From: Bugula neritina
Lineage: Eukaryota; Animalia; Bryozoa
DNA length: 64,000 nucleotides
Assembly (NCBI GenBank): GCA_964035545.1
Contig: OZ037768.1
Location: 8,402,741 to 8,466,740 of the forward strand
Direction of reading: 5' to 3'
The translations under genes and the position numbers were made by a program. This document shows, piece by piece, positions 1 through 12,814 of this stretch (within the stretch, counting starts at the first letter, position 1; each line of letters opens with the position of its first letter). The notes under the pieces are model-generated. The model did no database searches, was not told the origin of the DNA, and saw only the letters and a program-made list of their open reading frames with translations.

Positions 1-52
1 ACAACACACAACACACACACACACAACACACACAAAACACACCACACACCAC
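1..52. repeat. Imperfect (CA)n microsatellite
   Basis: acaacacacaacacacacac... at the window start. Confidence 0.9.
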
Positions 53-1011
53 CTTAAAGATAGTTATAGTGCCCTGCTAGAAAAATGCACTATTAAAATG
101 CAGCTCCACAAAGTCAAGTAAATATATTTAGAGTTTAAAAGAAAATATCAGTAATTATATAAACAGTTTTAAAGTGTACTTCTCTCTGCAGTAAATTGTC
201 ATCAGCATTTCCCACTTGTGTGCTCGAAAGAAATGCTGTATCACATGTAATAAAACCACATATATATGCTTTACTAAACAGCAGCCATGAATTCATATCT
301 GCAAGCAGGCATGCAGGGAAGTTTTTTATAAGTATCTCATAAACTATGTCTATAATAACACAATATTTTTTATACAAATGTGTATGTGTATAATATGCTA
401 CATGCATTCTACTTGGTTATTTTATATAGTAATATTTACTGCTGTTTGTTTATAATTATTGTTTTCAAAAACCTGACATGGGAAGTCAAGGTTTTGCTAA
501 ACATGTAAAAATTATTAGTCAAGAAACTGTTAGTTCTAAGTTGCTAGTGGTTATAGCACAAATCACTGCCCTATATTAATCAGTACATTACTCTCCTGTG
601 GCAACTTTAGCTAGTTTCATTTCATTCAAATGGCTGTTTCAATCAACTCTTTGAATTTTGTGTACAAGCGGAATTAGGTTGAATCAATAAATGATTTCAA
701 TAAAAAACTAAAGAATTTTCAGGTACGAGTTGTTTACTTTGAGCAATATAATGCCATCATAGCAATAAGTGCAGAGTCATGCAGTTTTTTCTAATAGCAA
801 ATCAAACTAGCTCTAAAGAAAGTTTGTAGCATGAGAAGTTGCTTGCTTTCGGAATAAAGCGATAACACTCACAACCCAAATTATAAACTAAAATGATACA
901 ACCAATCAATCATAGCATGATACAATTAAGTAGAATTAAAAACCCACTTAATTGTGTAAAAACTTGTACAACTCTAATCCCAAGTCACAATTTTTTTATC
1001 AATCTATGCAG

Positions 1012-4000
1012 GTTCTGTGTGGAGTTTTCTCCCTCTTTGGCGCGTACTGCTATGCAGAACTTGGTACTATGATAACCAGGTCAGGCAGTGACTACGCTTA
1101 TGTCTTTGAAGCCTTTGGCCCATTCTATGCTTTTCTTAGAATGTGGGTGGAATGCACAGTGATCAAGCCTACTCTCACTGCAATACAGGTTAGTTATAAG
1201 CATAGATATCCATTCCAGTAATTATGTTATATTACTTTGTACCAAAATTCAATATGTGACTTGAAGTTTAATTATCTAGTTGTGTGAACCTTGCTTTATA
1301 CATTACTGCATTAAATTATTTTTAGGGTCTAACATTTGCACAGTACATCGTGGAGCCAATCTTTTCTGGTTGTGATAAGCCAGATACAGCTGTTAAACTG
1401 CTAGCCATCTCCTGCATTGGTAAGCTAGAGCCGTGCATCTCTGTAACTATCCTATAAGTTGACAGTTGTTGGTTATGATTATAGCATTGCATATTCTATC
1501 TAATGTTCATATAGTTTACTAGGTGAAAGCTGGGCTTATTAGTTATCTTGTCTACTTGTAAGCTTAATAATATTATTAGATTAACTCTAAAATGTGTTAA
1601 TGTACCTATATGTTAATTGGAAATTGTTGATATTATGACTTGTATTATTGTGTAATTTACTATTTTTAAACAATAATTTATAAATTAGGGCATATTCTAT
1701 GGGATCGAATTTTAAAACTCGTCTCAAAATTGCTCACTATAAACGTCTGAGTTAGCCGGGTCTTACTGATTTATATAACATAGCAATTGTAATGCAGTGC
1801 AGTTGCAAATCATTCACGTGAACAAAGTTTCAAAAACCATTATGTTTAGCTTCGACTAGCAAAGAATGTCTTTGCATTCCTTCAAACAGCATTCAGATTG
1901 TGTTATTAATTTGTTGAATTACATGCATGCGCAATCTATTATAGCACTGGTCTATGTTGTAGTGTAGATTGCAGCCTATACTATTATAACATTAAGGCCT
2001 GTAGTAGTGTGTTTTTTTAATTACACCCTCCCAGCATGCTTCAGTCATTCTTATCTTGTAAAACTGTTTTGTTGAGTGAGCTTTGATAACAAGCATCCGA
2101 ATTTTCACAGCACCAAACTTGAGCTGTTGTTAGAAAATTTGCCATATAATGCAGTTTACACATTATAAGATGCTTAAAGCAAATATATATCAAGTTTCCT
2201 ATATACTTTTGGTATTACACAATGACAACAAATTTCTTTTAACAAATATGCATAGTTTGTTTAGAAAGGTGATGTTCTCAGACAGTTTCTAATAAAAGAA
2301 GACAGCTTACTATTTTGGATTGAACCAATCATATACACCATTATCTAGTATTTAATAAAATTGCATGTAATAATATTTTATCACGCTAATTTGCACAAAT
2401 ACAAATTGGCCAGATTATATTTTCCATTATTTATCAGATCCAACAATGAATATGCAGTATTTGGCTAAACATGAAGCTTCTTCAGTTCATTTGGTTAGCT
2501 TATTATCAATTATCTACAAAATGTATAGTTTTTGAAAATAAATGTCAGTTACTGTTCACACCTCTGCTGTATCAGTAACTCATGAATTAGTAAACTGTCT
2601 ACTAATTGTTGTAGTACTTCTAACGGTTGCCAACTGTATAAGTGTGAAGCTATCGGCAAGGATTCAAGACGCCTCTACAGTGGCCAAGACACTTGCTTTA
2701 GTTGTCATCATTATTACTGGTCTGGTTAGACTGGGTCAAGGTATATAATAAATAATAATAGTAAACAATATTAGTTTATTAAAAGTTGAATTTGGTTTGA
2801 ATATATATTACAAATATTAAAAGTGCCAAATTTAGTTTCAGTTTTTGGTACTGATAAGAGCATAATTTAATATAACTGCTAGATATAGCTTGCCCTTTAA
2901 ATGTTTTTTTTTATAGCATTTGTCAAATTACTCTGTGTGTTAATATATTAATTAAAGTCTCAACATTTTAGAATATTTAAATTTCATTGAATGCCTCAAC
3001 CACTTGCAGCCACTTGTTTTATTGCTATTAGCAAAGAGTAGCATATCATATTGTCTAATGAGCAGTCTGTTGGTTTTAGGATATACTCTCAACTTCAATG
3101 ACTCATTCTCCAAAAGTATTGACGAGGACATCAATGTGACAACAATCGCCTTATCCTTCTACTCTGGACTATTTGCATACATTGGCTGGTATGTGATGTG
3201 ACACATAGATGTATTATAGCTGCTGTATATCTTTGCGCATGAAAGGGGTTTATTCTTCATTATTATCTATACTCTATAGTATACATTATATAGTTTTATT
3301 CTGATCTATTTAAAATGCTCAATCGATTTCTTTTTATTAACTTTTTAAATTAGTAACTCTATGCAGTAAGCAGTTTAAGTTGATTAAAGAAAAAAAATTA
3401 TTTCATCTCAGATGCTTAAATTTAACATAAAGGCTTACTGAGCAAGACTGTGATACATGAAAACTTCATTGTGGCCACTGCGCATTTTTTGCATTTGCTT
3501 TATAGCTATATATTTATTAAAACTATCTAATAAACTATGAAAGGATATTAAAAATATATTATATTTTACTGCATAATACATTGCTAATAACTTAGCATCT
3601 CTAATATATTTAAATTACTTGATGTCAATTCATTCTACTTTCCAGGAACTACCTGAACACTGTGATGGAAGAGTTTCAAGATCCGGAGAAGTAAGTAGTG
3701 TTATATTTCTCATAGCTTTTGCCTCTCAAAAATTATTTTGTTATATTGTGATATTTGGCCTAATCATGGCTGCATAGCCCAAAAGCAAGTATGGTCAAAT
3801 GACCTATCTACTATCAACTTTTCTTGGCTCCAGCTTCAAACCAGTGTCTACTTTTAGGCAGGCAACTATCTAATTGGCAGCATTTGCATTCTTTAACTCA
3901 CTTGTTTTACTTAATAGTATATTTGATTTGTATGTGTTGCCACTTGCCATGTATAAATCAAACCATATTATTTTAAGTATTAATATTTAAATTTATGCTT

Positions 4001-7000
4001 CAACAACTCTCTGTTATCTTAATGGTTTTAAGTTTGCCTCAATTACTAATAGAATTCTGCATTTTTTTTCAGAAACCTGCCAAGAGCCATTTTTATTGCT
4101 GTTATATCATGCACGGTGCTGTATACACTTACAATTGTGGCCTACTTCACTACTGTCAGTCCAGAAGAAATGATGTCCAGCTCGGCTGTGGCCGTGGTGG
4201 GTTGAATACCGTTGTCTTAAACATCTCTGCATATCAGCCAGTTAAATGACTAATTTTCTGCTAAATCCTGTGTTGAGAATCAAATTAACAAAAAGTACAT
4301 TATCGTATCAGTATCAACTGCCAAGCTGAAAAACTAGATTGACTGAGTATTAATGCATTTTTTACAATACATTCTAAATCTCTTTTGTTTTACATGTTTG
4401 TGGAGCAGTGTTGAAGCTGCTAACAGTACTGTCATGCATTTAATAATTAAAGTTTAATTTTAGACATTTGCCAACAAACTGTACCAACCAGTAGCATGGT
4501 TGATGCCAATATTTGTTGCCATCTCTTGCGCTGGAGGTATGAATGGAAATTTACTGACGACATCGAGAATATACTTTGTTAGTGCTAGAGAAGGACATCT
4601 GCCACAAATTATGGCCGGAGTTTCTACTCGGTTTATTACTCCAATGCCTTCAGTTATAGTCATGGTGAGCCCTCAATGTGTTACTGTATACAATATATTC
4701 AACACTCTAACACTTGCATGGTGCAGGCTACAGTAAAATAATAATTTTGGTTTGAGACTAACCAAGCATGGAGTAGCCATTTGTAGCCATAGTACAAATT
4801 AGGTCAGATACAATAGTGTTATTGTTCTACTGTTTGCAAAAGCTAATAATGAATGTAACATTGCAGGGGCTGCTGTCTTGCATCTACACGCTAGTAGGAG
4901 ATATATTTACTCTTATCAACTACACTAGTTTCATCCAGTGGTTTGTTATCGGACTGTCTGTCGCTGCACTGATTTACTTTAGAAAACAGAGGCCTGATGC
5001 TCCTCGGCCTTTGAAGGTTTATTCTTTGTTAATATTATTCTGTAAACCCAAAAACAGCTAATTTCAGACATACGATTTGAAATATTACAAGCAATGTATA
5101 TAATAAACAAGAGGGGTGTCACTAACTAAGACAATTTATAAAATTAAATTTTGCTATATTACTAGCTTGGCAGCCTATGGTAATAAACTCAAATAGTTAT
5201 TCAAAAACAATTTATTAGCTACTACCCACAAAAGTTGGTTTTGTTGAAGAAAACAAAGATTGTGCAGTATTTGAGCTGCACTAGACTGTACTCAGTATAT
5301 GTAGCCAGTAGTTTTAAAATTATAAGGCCACAGACAGTTGAAGTATATTCAACGTGGTAACCTTTTGGAAATGAGGTTATAGTTTGCTTATTATCTAAAT
5401 GTAAAAAATGGGAAGCATGTAAAATTGAGTCACAACTTTTTTTCAGCCACATATGTCACCATTTATAGCAGCTATTGTGATGATAGTTATTAAATAACTC
5501 TTAAGTTATAGAAAAAATATTCTCAAAGTCGATATTTAGTTCCTTTGGTTATATAACCTGCCATAATCAAAGCTACTCTGTATTGTTTTTCATAACTAAA
5601 TAAATATTTATTATTGCATCGAATTAAATATGACTAGAAAGATTCAGATTACCTTCAAACTTATACAGCAGTTGTCTGCGCTCTTCACAAGAATTAGTTA
5701 AACAACTCTTATAGTCTTAAAACATACTTGGCAGGTTTTTTCTTTATATATTATTTTAAGTTCTATACTAGTGATAGAATTAGGCTGGCTTTTTATTTTG
5801 ATAGATACTGTAAGTCTATATAAACACTACATCAGAAAAATTGAATAACCTGTAAAAATATTGAAACAATAATTTTTATAATTACATAAAAATTGTATCA
5901 ATTTAAATTTTGATGATTTCATATGTAATACATGTATAACTCAACAGATGGTAAAAACTCAGTCTTTATTATTTGGTGCAGTAAAGTTGTGTTTATTGTA
6001 ATAATATCACAACTTTTGGTTAAAATTGCATTCATCTGTTATGCCGCTTGCGTTTGTAGATTTCCTTGTTTTGGCCGATATGTTACCTAATAATGACAGT
6101 GTTCATATGTGCCGTACCATTGATGACTGCGCCACAGGAAGTCGGTATGGGCCTGCTCATTGTGTGCACGGGAATACCTGTCTACATAATATTCGTCAAA
6201 TGGCAACCAAAACAACTCCTTCGATTTACTGGTAAGATTTTCCCTTTTATTCACGGTGGCTAAAAATGGAGATAAGTAGCTAACTGTGCTATATTATGGT
6301 GGTAAAGCTGTTATATATAACTTAGAAGGTGTTCTAACAGCTTTGTTGTTACTCAACATTTCCTGTTGCTGGAGTATTTACCAGACTATAATGTACTAAT
6401 TACTAGTAGAACAAAACTTAGCAACAAAGTGTTGGTAGCATTTTTTCAGTTTTGCAATAAATACAATCTTGTCTTTTATTATTCTGTTTTTAGTATTTAA
6501 TATAAGCAAAGAGCTTTCTAATACATGGTGGTTTTAAGGTTTTTCTTTGAATAAACTTCAAAATAATATGTTAAAATTTTAAGCAATACTCCAAAGAAAA
6601 TTTTCACAATATACATATAGTCTTATGTCCCAGTCATATACAATAGCATAGACACATATACTTTAAATATGATTTTGTATTGCTCCTCTGCATAATAGAT
6701 AATTTTACAGGCCATAAACATTATCACACACAGCCTTTTGCTTTATATATACATGTAAATCATTTTTTATTTCAATTTTCATAAATTTTATAAAATAAGA
6801 TGTGTTGCTATAGAATATAGATGATCATGTTATGGCATAATATATTATAAGTAAATTGCAGTTTGTAAATAATTGGTTAAAAGTAAGCTTCAGATTTACA
6901 ACATAAGTAATAAACTGCTTTTTGCCCTACAAATTTGTAATACTATTAACTAGAGAAGTCTCAGTCATAATATAATACAATATGAACTGTATCCTTACAT

Positions 7001-7202
7001 TTTATTAAAATTTTACTCTAAATAATATTTCCTGAAACTGCAATTCACAAGTTGAATCTTTCAAGTTTTATAGTATATTACAGGTCTCTACAAGCTGCGA
7101 GTTGATGATTACATGCTTGTATTGATTTATTTTGCAGTTAAGTTCACGAAATTCTTCCAGAAACTTCTCATCATATACCCAGACACTAACAAGTTGGATT
7201 AG
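1012..7202 (+). CDS. SLC7 L-type amino-acid transporter light chain (LAT/y+LAT-like), 5'-partial, 10 exons in window
   Basis: In-frame GT-AG exons 1012-1188, 1326-1419, 2615-2740, 3080-3188, 3646-3690, 4073-4196, 4464-4664, 4867-5016, 6060-6231, 7138-7202 (TAG). Motifs [67 protein letters not shown]. Extracellular Cys (IFSGCDKP) at the position of the SLC3 heavy-chain disulfide. Confidence 0.95.
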
Positions 7203-7924
7203 TACTGACGTGAATAAACAGCCATGTCTGAGTTTTGTATATAATATGATTTCGGTATGAATACAAGATCTAAAAATTAATGATTTTAAAGTTTTTAATT
7301 TCTATGATTTGATAATCAATAACAATATCTAAATATCAAATATGTTTCTTAGTTAGTATTATTTAATCAAAAGCTCTTTTCAGTGAATTATGTTTTACTT
7401 TACTTAAGCCTTTGCATATTATTAAACTTGTAAAAGAATTCTGTTATTTATAATAATTCAATATCCCGCATTCACCTGTGTATGTTCATTGTTGATATTA
7501 AAATTTTTGTTCTAAAAATGCTTTGATAAATAAAATCAAAAAGCCACTGATCAATAAATGAATCTGCGGCTATATGTTGCTGAATAAAAAGATTAGTACA
7601 CACATCTATGACTCATGATATCACAGCTGTTCCAGCAATGTTATTTTTGTGTTTTCAAATCACTTGCATAGACTGAGCAGCATAACTATCACAAGACATA
7701 ACACTCTGTTGCAGTGCTAAGTATATTCAATGAAACAGGTATAATGTTTATACGTATATTTTTATAATTGTTAAGTAACGTTAGCCCCCAAAGCTAACTT
7801 GCAGGGTAAAATTGCATGCAGAGATATTAGTTGTAATATTGTATAACATGTTGCTTTACTGTCAAATACTGTTATTTTTCTTCTATATAATATTATGATG
7901 ACTAAAGTAGGAGTTGCCAGGTGT

Positions 7925-10900
7925 TTATGACTCATCTTCATACTCGTATTCGTAGTCTTCTTCCCCTGCTTTCTCCGTGTCATTCTCGCTAGACTTAGTG
8001 CCATCAGCTTCTTCACTGCCTTCATCGGCTGGCTCTACAAATATTATTATTGTTTCAAGTGCTGCCACCTGCTGAATGTATTTGAAAGTACTCTGTAAAA
8101 GGCAAATCTAGTTTTCTATAGAAATAACTTAGACTATAAAAGAAGTTACACATATTGATACATTCTTAGAAGATATACAAAGTAATAAATCATTTGCATT
8201 TAACTTTTGGTTCAAGAAAGTAAACTGCTTCATAATTTCAACATTTATTTAGGCAATTATTGTTGTTTTGTATCAAATAAAAACCAATTAGTAAAGTTTA
8301 TATTCAGTTAAAAGTATATCCTAGCATCAGAGCCAATTACTTTTTGAATTGAAATTGTCTTAACTACACCGATTCACTCACTAATAAGATACCATAATAT
8401 ACTCTATTCTATTCCCAGTTGCTCCCAATTTTACTCGACTTACGAGGTGCTGCACGAGGTGCTGCACAAGTTGCTTCACGGGGTGCTTCAAAAGTTTTAG
8501 TAAACAGCGGCTCAGGATTGGCTAGGATTGGCGCAGCTATTGGTGCAGCTCCTTGAGGTGGTGCCATCATGACTTGAGGTCCAGCAGGCACGTCATCAGT
8601 GTATTGGTATTGGTACTAAAATATTATATATATTATATATATATATATATATATTATACACTATGCATTATATATATAATGTACATATAATATGCTTATA
8701 CATTTTAAATTGTATATATGCTAGGTGAGAGCTAAGGACAAATTTGATGAATTTGTAAAAACTTAATGATAAAACAACTGACAGTTTCTGCCTAATATTC
8801 TCATCACCAATGACATTATGTTGAAATGTGGTTTATATTTTATACAAATAACATATATTCAAAATATCTAAGGAAAGCTCCAAGTTAAATTAAAAATTTA
8901 AATTGAAAACACACCAAAGCAGCATCTATTTCTATTATTTTCTGACATTTTAAATAAATAACAAGTTTTTCAAAGATTCATTAAAAAAATATTTTTTGTT
9001 GTTGATAGAAACAAAAGAAAGGCAGCAAACATGCTACATGCACGTAAGTATACCTGATATTCGTATTGGTACTCATATTCGTCGTCGTCGTCATCGTCGT
9101 CATTCTGTTTAGACTTGTCTTTTTCTTTTACCACCATTACAGGTACTTGAGCCTTAACAACACCAATGCTATTAGATTTCATAATATCACTAACTACTGA
9201 AACTGCTCACACTTGCAGGATGAATCTTCTTACAAACATTTCCTTCACAAACTCTTAGAAAGCATTTACATAAACAGTTCGATGTGTGCATATCAAACAG
9301 ATTTCAACATATAAAACATTTAAAGATCATCAACTATTGTAGTTTCTCTACTTTGTCAGCTGAAACAGACAATGGCAATCTTCAAACATACTTATTTTGG
9401 TCATTCTTTTGTCACAGTTTTTGGCTTGTAAGTAACTAAGTACTGTTTATACTCTATAGTGCTTAGTCACTAGTAATATAGGTAGTAGCACTAGTACTTA
9501 ACTACTATCTATAGGACTTATAGCTACTAGTGCTACAGATAGTACCTATAGAAACTAAGTACTATAGATAGTGCTATGCTAAATTAGTCTTAAAATTATT
9601 TTCCACCAATCGAATTCCGATATTAATTCAACCAATAAAAGTAATTCATTTGATCAACTGAAGCTGCTTGTAATTATTGCTACCGCGAATGTTTAATGCA
9701 AGCGTATCTCTATCTCTGTAATAACATAAAAATCTTGTATGTAGTGAGAATGGCTGATTTTCATTGGGAATTATCTGCTCGTAGCCAACCATAAGCAATT
9801 TGCTAAAGTGCAATTTATCTTCAACCGAAAACTTCCATTTCTCAAAAACTATTAACAGAAAGACAGTTGAATTAAACTAAACTCTCATCACACATGAAAA
9901 TATTCTAAATGCTTAGCATAAACAGCTTCGAATGATATGTTGATATATAGCTAACTTGCTAGTATGCAAATGGTAAATTAAGGTTAGAATAGTGTGTGGT
10001 GAGGCTATACTAACAATATTTGGTGCGTCAACAGCATCTGAGCCAACACCACCACACTCTTCTCTGTGGTCGTCTGTACGCTCAATGATGTTTCCATCAG
10101 CATCTCTCTGCTTCCTTCGTTTCATGATAGCATTCGGTGGAATAGTTCTATCGGTTTGTATAATCACATTTACTTTACCTACAAAAACATAATACCAATG
10201 TATACAGCACCAATGAGTTTCCAATTCAGCCTAGAAAAGTTTTCTTTCTAGCATGACAAAATGGCAAGTATTAATTCTATGTTTAAAAAAATGTTATCGA
10301 AATATGCATAAAATTAATAACCCAAAGAACAACAATATTAAATTGCACAGGTTAGGACAGCGTGGGTTGTATAGCACTGAATAATTAATATCAAAATTAA
10401 TCAATTTTTTAACAGAGCATTATAATATTACACACCATATAAAACTGACTAAAATAAATTTAATTTACAAAACCAGAAGTTAAAAAATGACAGACCAGGT
10501 TTAGCTGGAGGTGTTATTCTTCTTTTCATAGCCTCAGCTTTTTTCAGAGCTTGGTCGGCAGCAGAGTTAGCTGCCTGCTCAGCTTGCTGCTTGGCAAGCA
10601 GCGCCATCTGTAGGGCTTCTTGTTGCTGCTGAACAAGCTGCGCTTGTTGCTCCAGTAGCATGACTTTCTGCTCCTCAAACTGAAACAATGGAATGACAGC
10701 ATTATAACATAATATTATCTATAAACTTATACATAAAATCCCTAGCAACATATTTTCTTGCAATTTACCTACAAACTTAAATACTATTTACTGATACACA
10801 CATTAGTTTGCCATAATTTTCTAATAAGTTCAAAAACTAATAACCTGCACAACTGATGCAAAAATCTAGTGAATGATCAGTAAAAGACAAACATGCCACA

Positions 10901-11672
10901 ATTTAGTAAATACAAACATCTGTCAACTCTACAGGTTATGATTTCCTGTATGCTGTGCACGTTTTGCCGCACCTGCTTAGCAGTAATCTCTTGCTGTATC
11001 CTGGCATTCTCTAGAGCCTCTGCCTGGAGCTTAATCTGCTGTTGCTGCTGTGCGGCGATCTGCTCTTGTTTTCTCATAGAAGCTTGTTGCGTCTCCGTCA
11101 GCTTTTGGCTATAAACACAGTCAGTAGAAGTGTGAGTTACACTTACTTATACAGCGGCCAAAATTCTATGCATTACAACTAACATTTAGGTAAGAGAATG
11201 AAATTATATTCAGATAAAAGAATTGGAATGTGTTATAAGGGTGAAGTTTTTTGGTGACAGTTTTAACAAGCAGATGGTAAAAATTTAATTAGTTTTCACA
11301 TATTATGTGTTGAACTGTGTTTAAATAGTACTTAGCCTGCTATGTTACAGATACACTGCTTCAACTTCAATGTACTTACAGGTCATGACCTACAAACAAA
11401 ATTGAATATAAATAGCTCTGATAAAACTAATTTCTTCAAAATGGTAATCACATTTATTTTGTTGAAGAAAGTAAAGAAAGATTTTCATTTTTCAAGTAGT
11501 GGTCCCAACTGTTCTTTTTTGTTGTCAGAATTTATATAAAACTGCAAATTCTGTTTTTTCAGCAAATCTTTTACATAGAGAAGAAAATTATGTTCAGATT
11601 TGATTTGCCATTTCAACTAAAAATAAACATGTATATGCAATCTTTCTTACCTTTAGAACCTCCACAACCCAT
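7925..11672 (-). CDS. Uncharacterised protein: N-terminal MGCGGSK acylation motif, Gln-rich coiled coil, acidic/Tyr repeats, Pro/Ala-rich segment
   Basis: Exons 11672-11651 (MGCGGSK), 11389-11380 (microexon), 11108-10973, 10679-10496, 10178-10015, 9196-9054, 8615-8444, 8034-7925 (TAA), with canonical splice sites and exon-like GC content. The phase between 10015 and 9196 does not match with the best donor, so an extra small exon or an alternative donor is unresolved. Confidence 0.75.
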
Positions 11673-12298
11673 GACGATTTTTGTTTAGGACTATTTCTGT
11701 GTTTTATTACAGTTTTAGTTACAATTCTATCAGATTCAACAATGCTTTTAGTTGCTGCTATTGGCAACACGTTAGTGAAATTTATGGTATGCAAGCTGAA
11801 ATGTTATAATAATTGTCATGAAAGAATGGTTTCACCTCCTTTCTATAATGAAAAACAATTAATTTCAGCCCAATATAGCCTTAAAAGATATTCAACAGAG
11901 CAACGTTTTATGCACTTTTGTGAAATTATTTTGTCAGCTATAATAATTCATATATTTATTTTAAATAACACAACAGCTCCAAGAGAGATAGTGTTTTTTC
12001 AGCCTAATAAAACTATTGGAAAATCAAGTAATTTCAGTTGGCTAATTGATAGTAATTATTGCACAAAACCCTTCAATCACTTTATGTACCAACTTTAATT
12101 CAATGCTTTGAAACATTTGAGCCTCCTTACCAAGAACAAACCTGCTTTCTCAGTTTCAAAATGCCTACTGTAGATAAACCAAGTACGACTTTACGTTTGC
12201 ACAAGACCCATCCAGTAACTTATACTTTAGAACATAATAACTAAAACAAGCTTAGAAAAATTTAAACAGGTTTTTAGAACACAATATATAACATAACA

Positions 12299-12489
12299 GC
12301 TGTGGTATAGAGCGCTGGCTTAATAAACACGAGGTCATGGGTTCAATCCCAAGCAAAGGCCATCGGTGATGTTAGAAAAAGCCTTCAGCCATAATTGCTC
12401 CTGTGCCATATAGCCTTAGCTTAATTTAAAAACTTTTTCCCTTGAGGGTTCCCTCAGGGATAATGACTATAAACTTGTGAGTTTTATGC
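12299..12489 (+). mobile_element. tRNA-Thr-derived SINE, copy 1
   Basis: tRNA-like head with B-box GGTTCAATCCC; body and tail similar to the copies at 24993-25199 and 55085-55259; flanked by the direct repeat aacataaca (12290-12298, 12490-12498). Confidence 0.85.
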
Positions 12490-12814
12490 AACATAACAAA
12501 TCTAAATGGACCTGCAAAACCATTAATATATAATTGGCAGTCTATCTACATAATATAGGCCCTAGTAATTAAGCCATACTTATTGGACACAATAAAGTGT
12601 ACTGAAACTGCACAAAACAATGCACATCAGTAAAAATATTGGTAACTATTGCAAGAAATTGTTAATCAATAAAGTGATTGTAAAATATAGTAAGATGTAT
12701 TGTTATGCATATTCAGACGCAAATTATGGGTAACCATTGATTAGCTTACGTGTAACTTGAGTTACCTTCAACATTATCCATCTTCCACATCAGCAATCTA
12801 CTCATACTGGCAAC

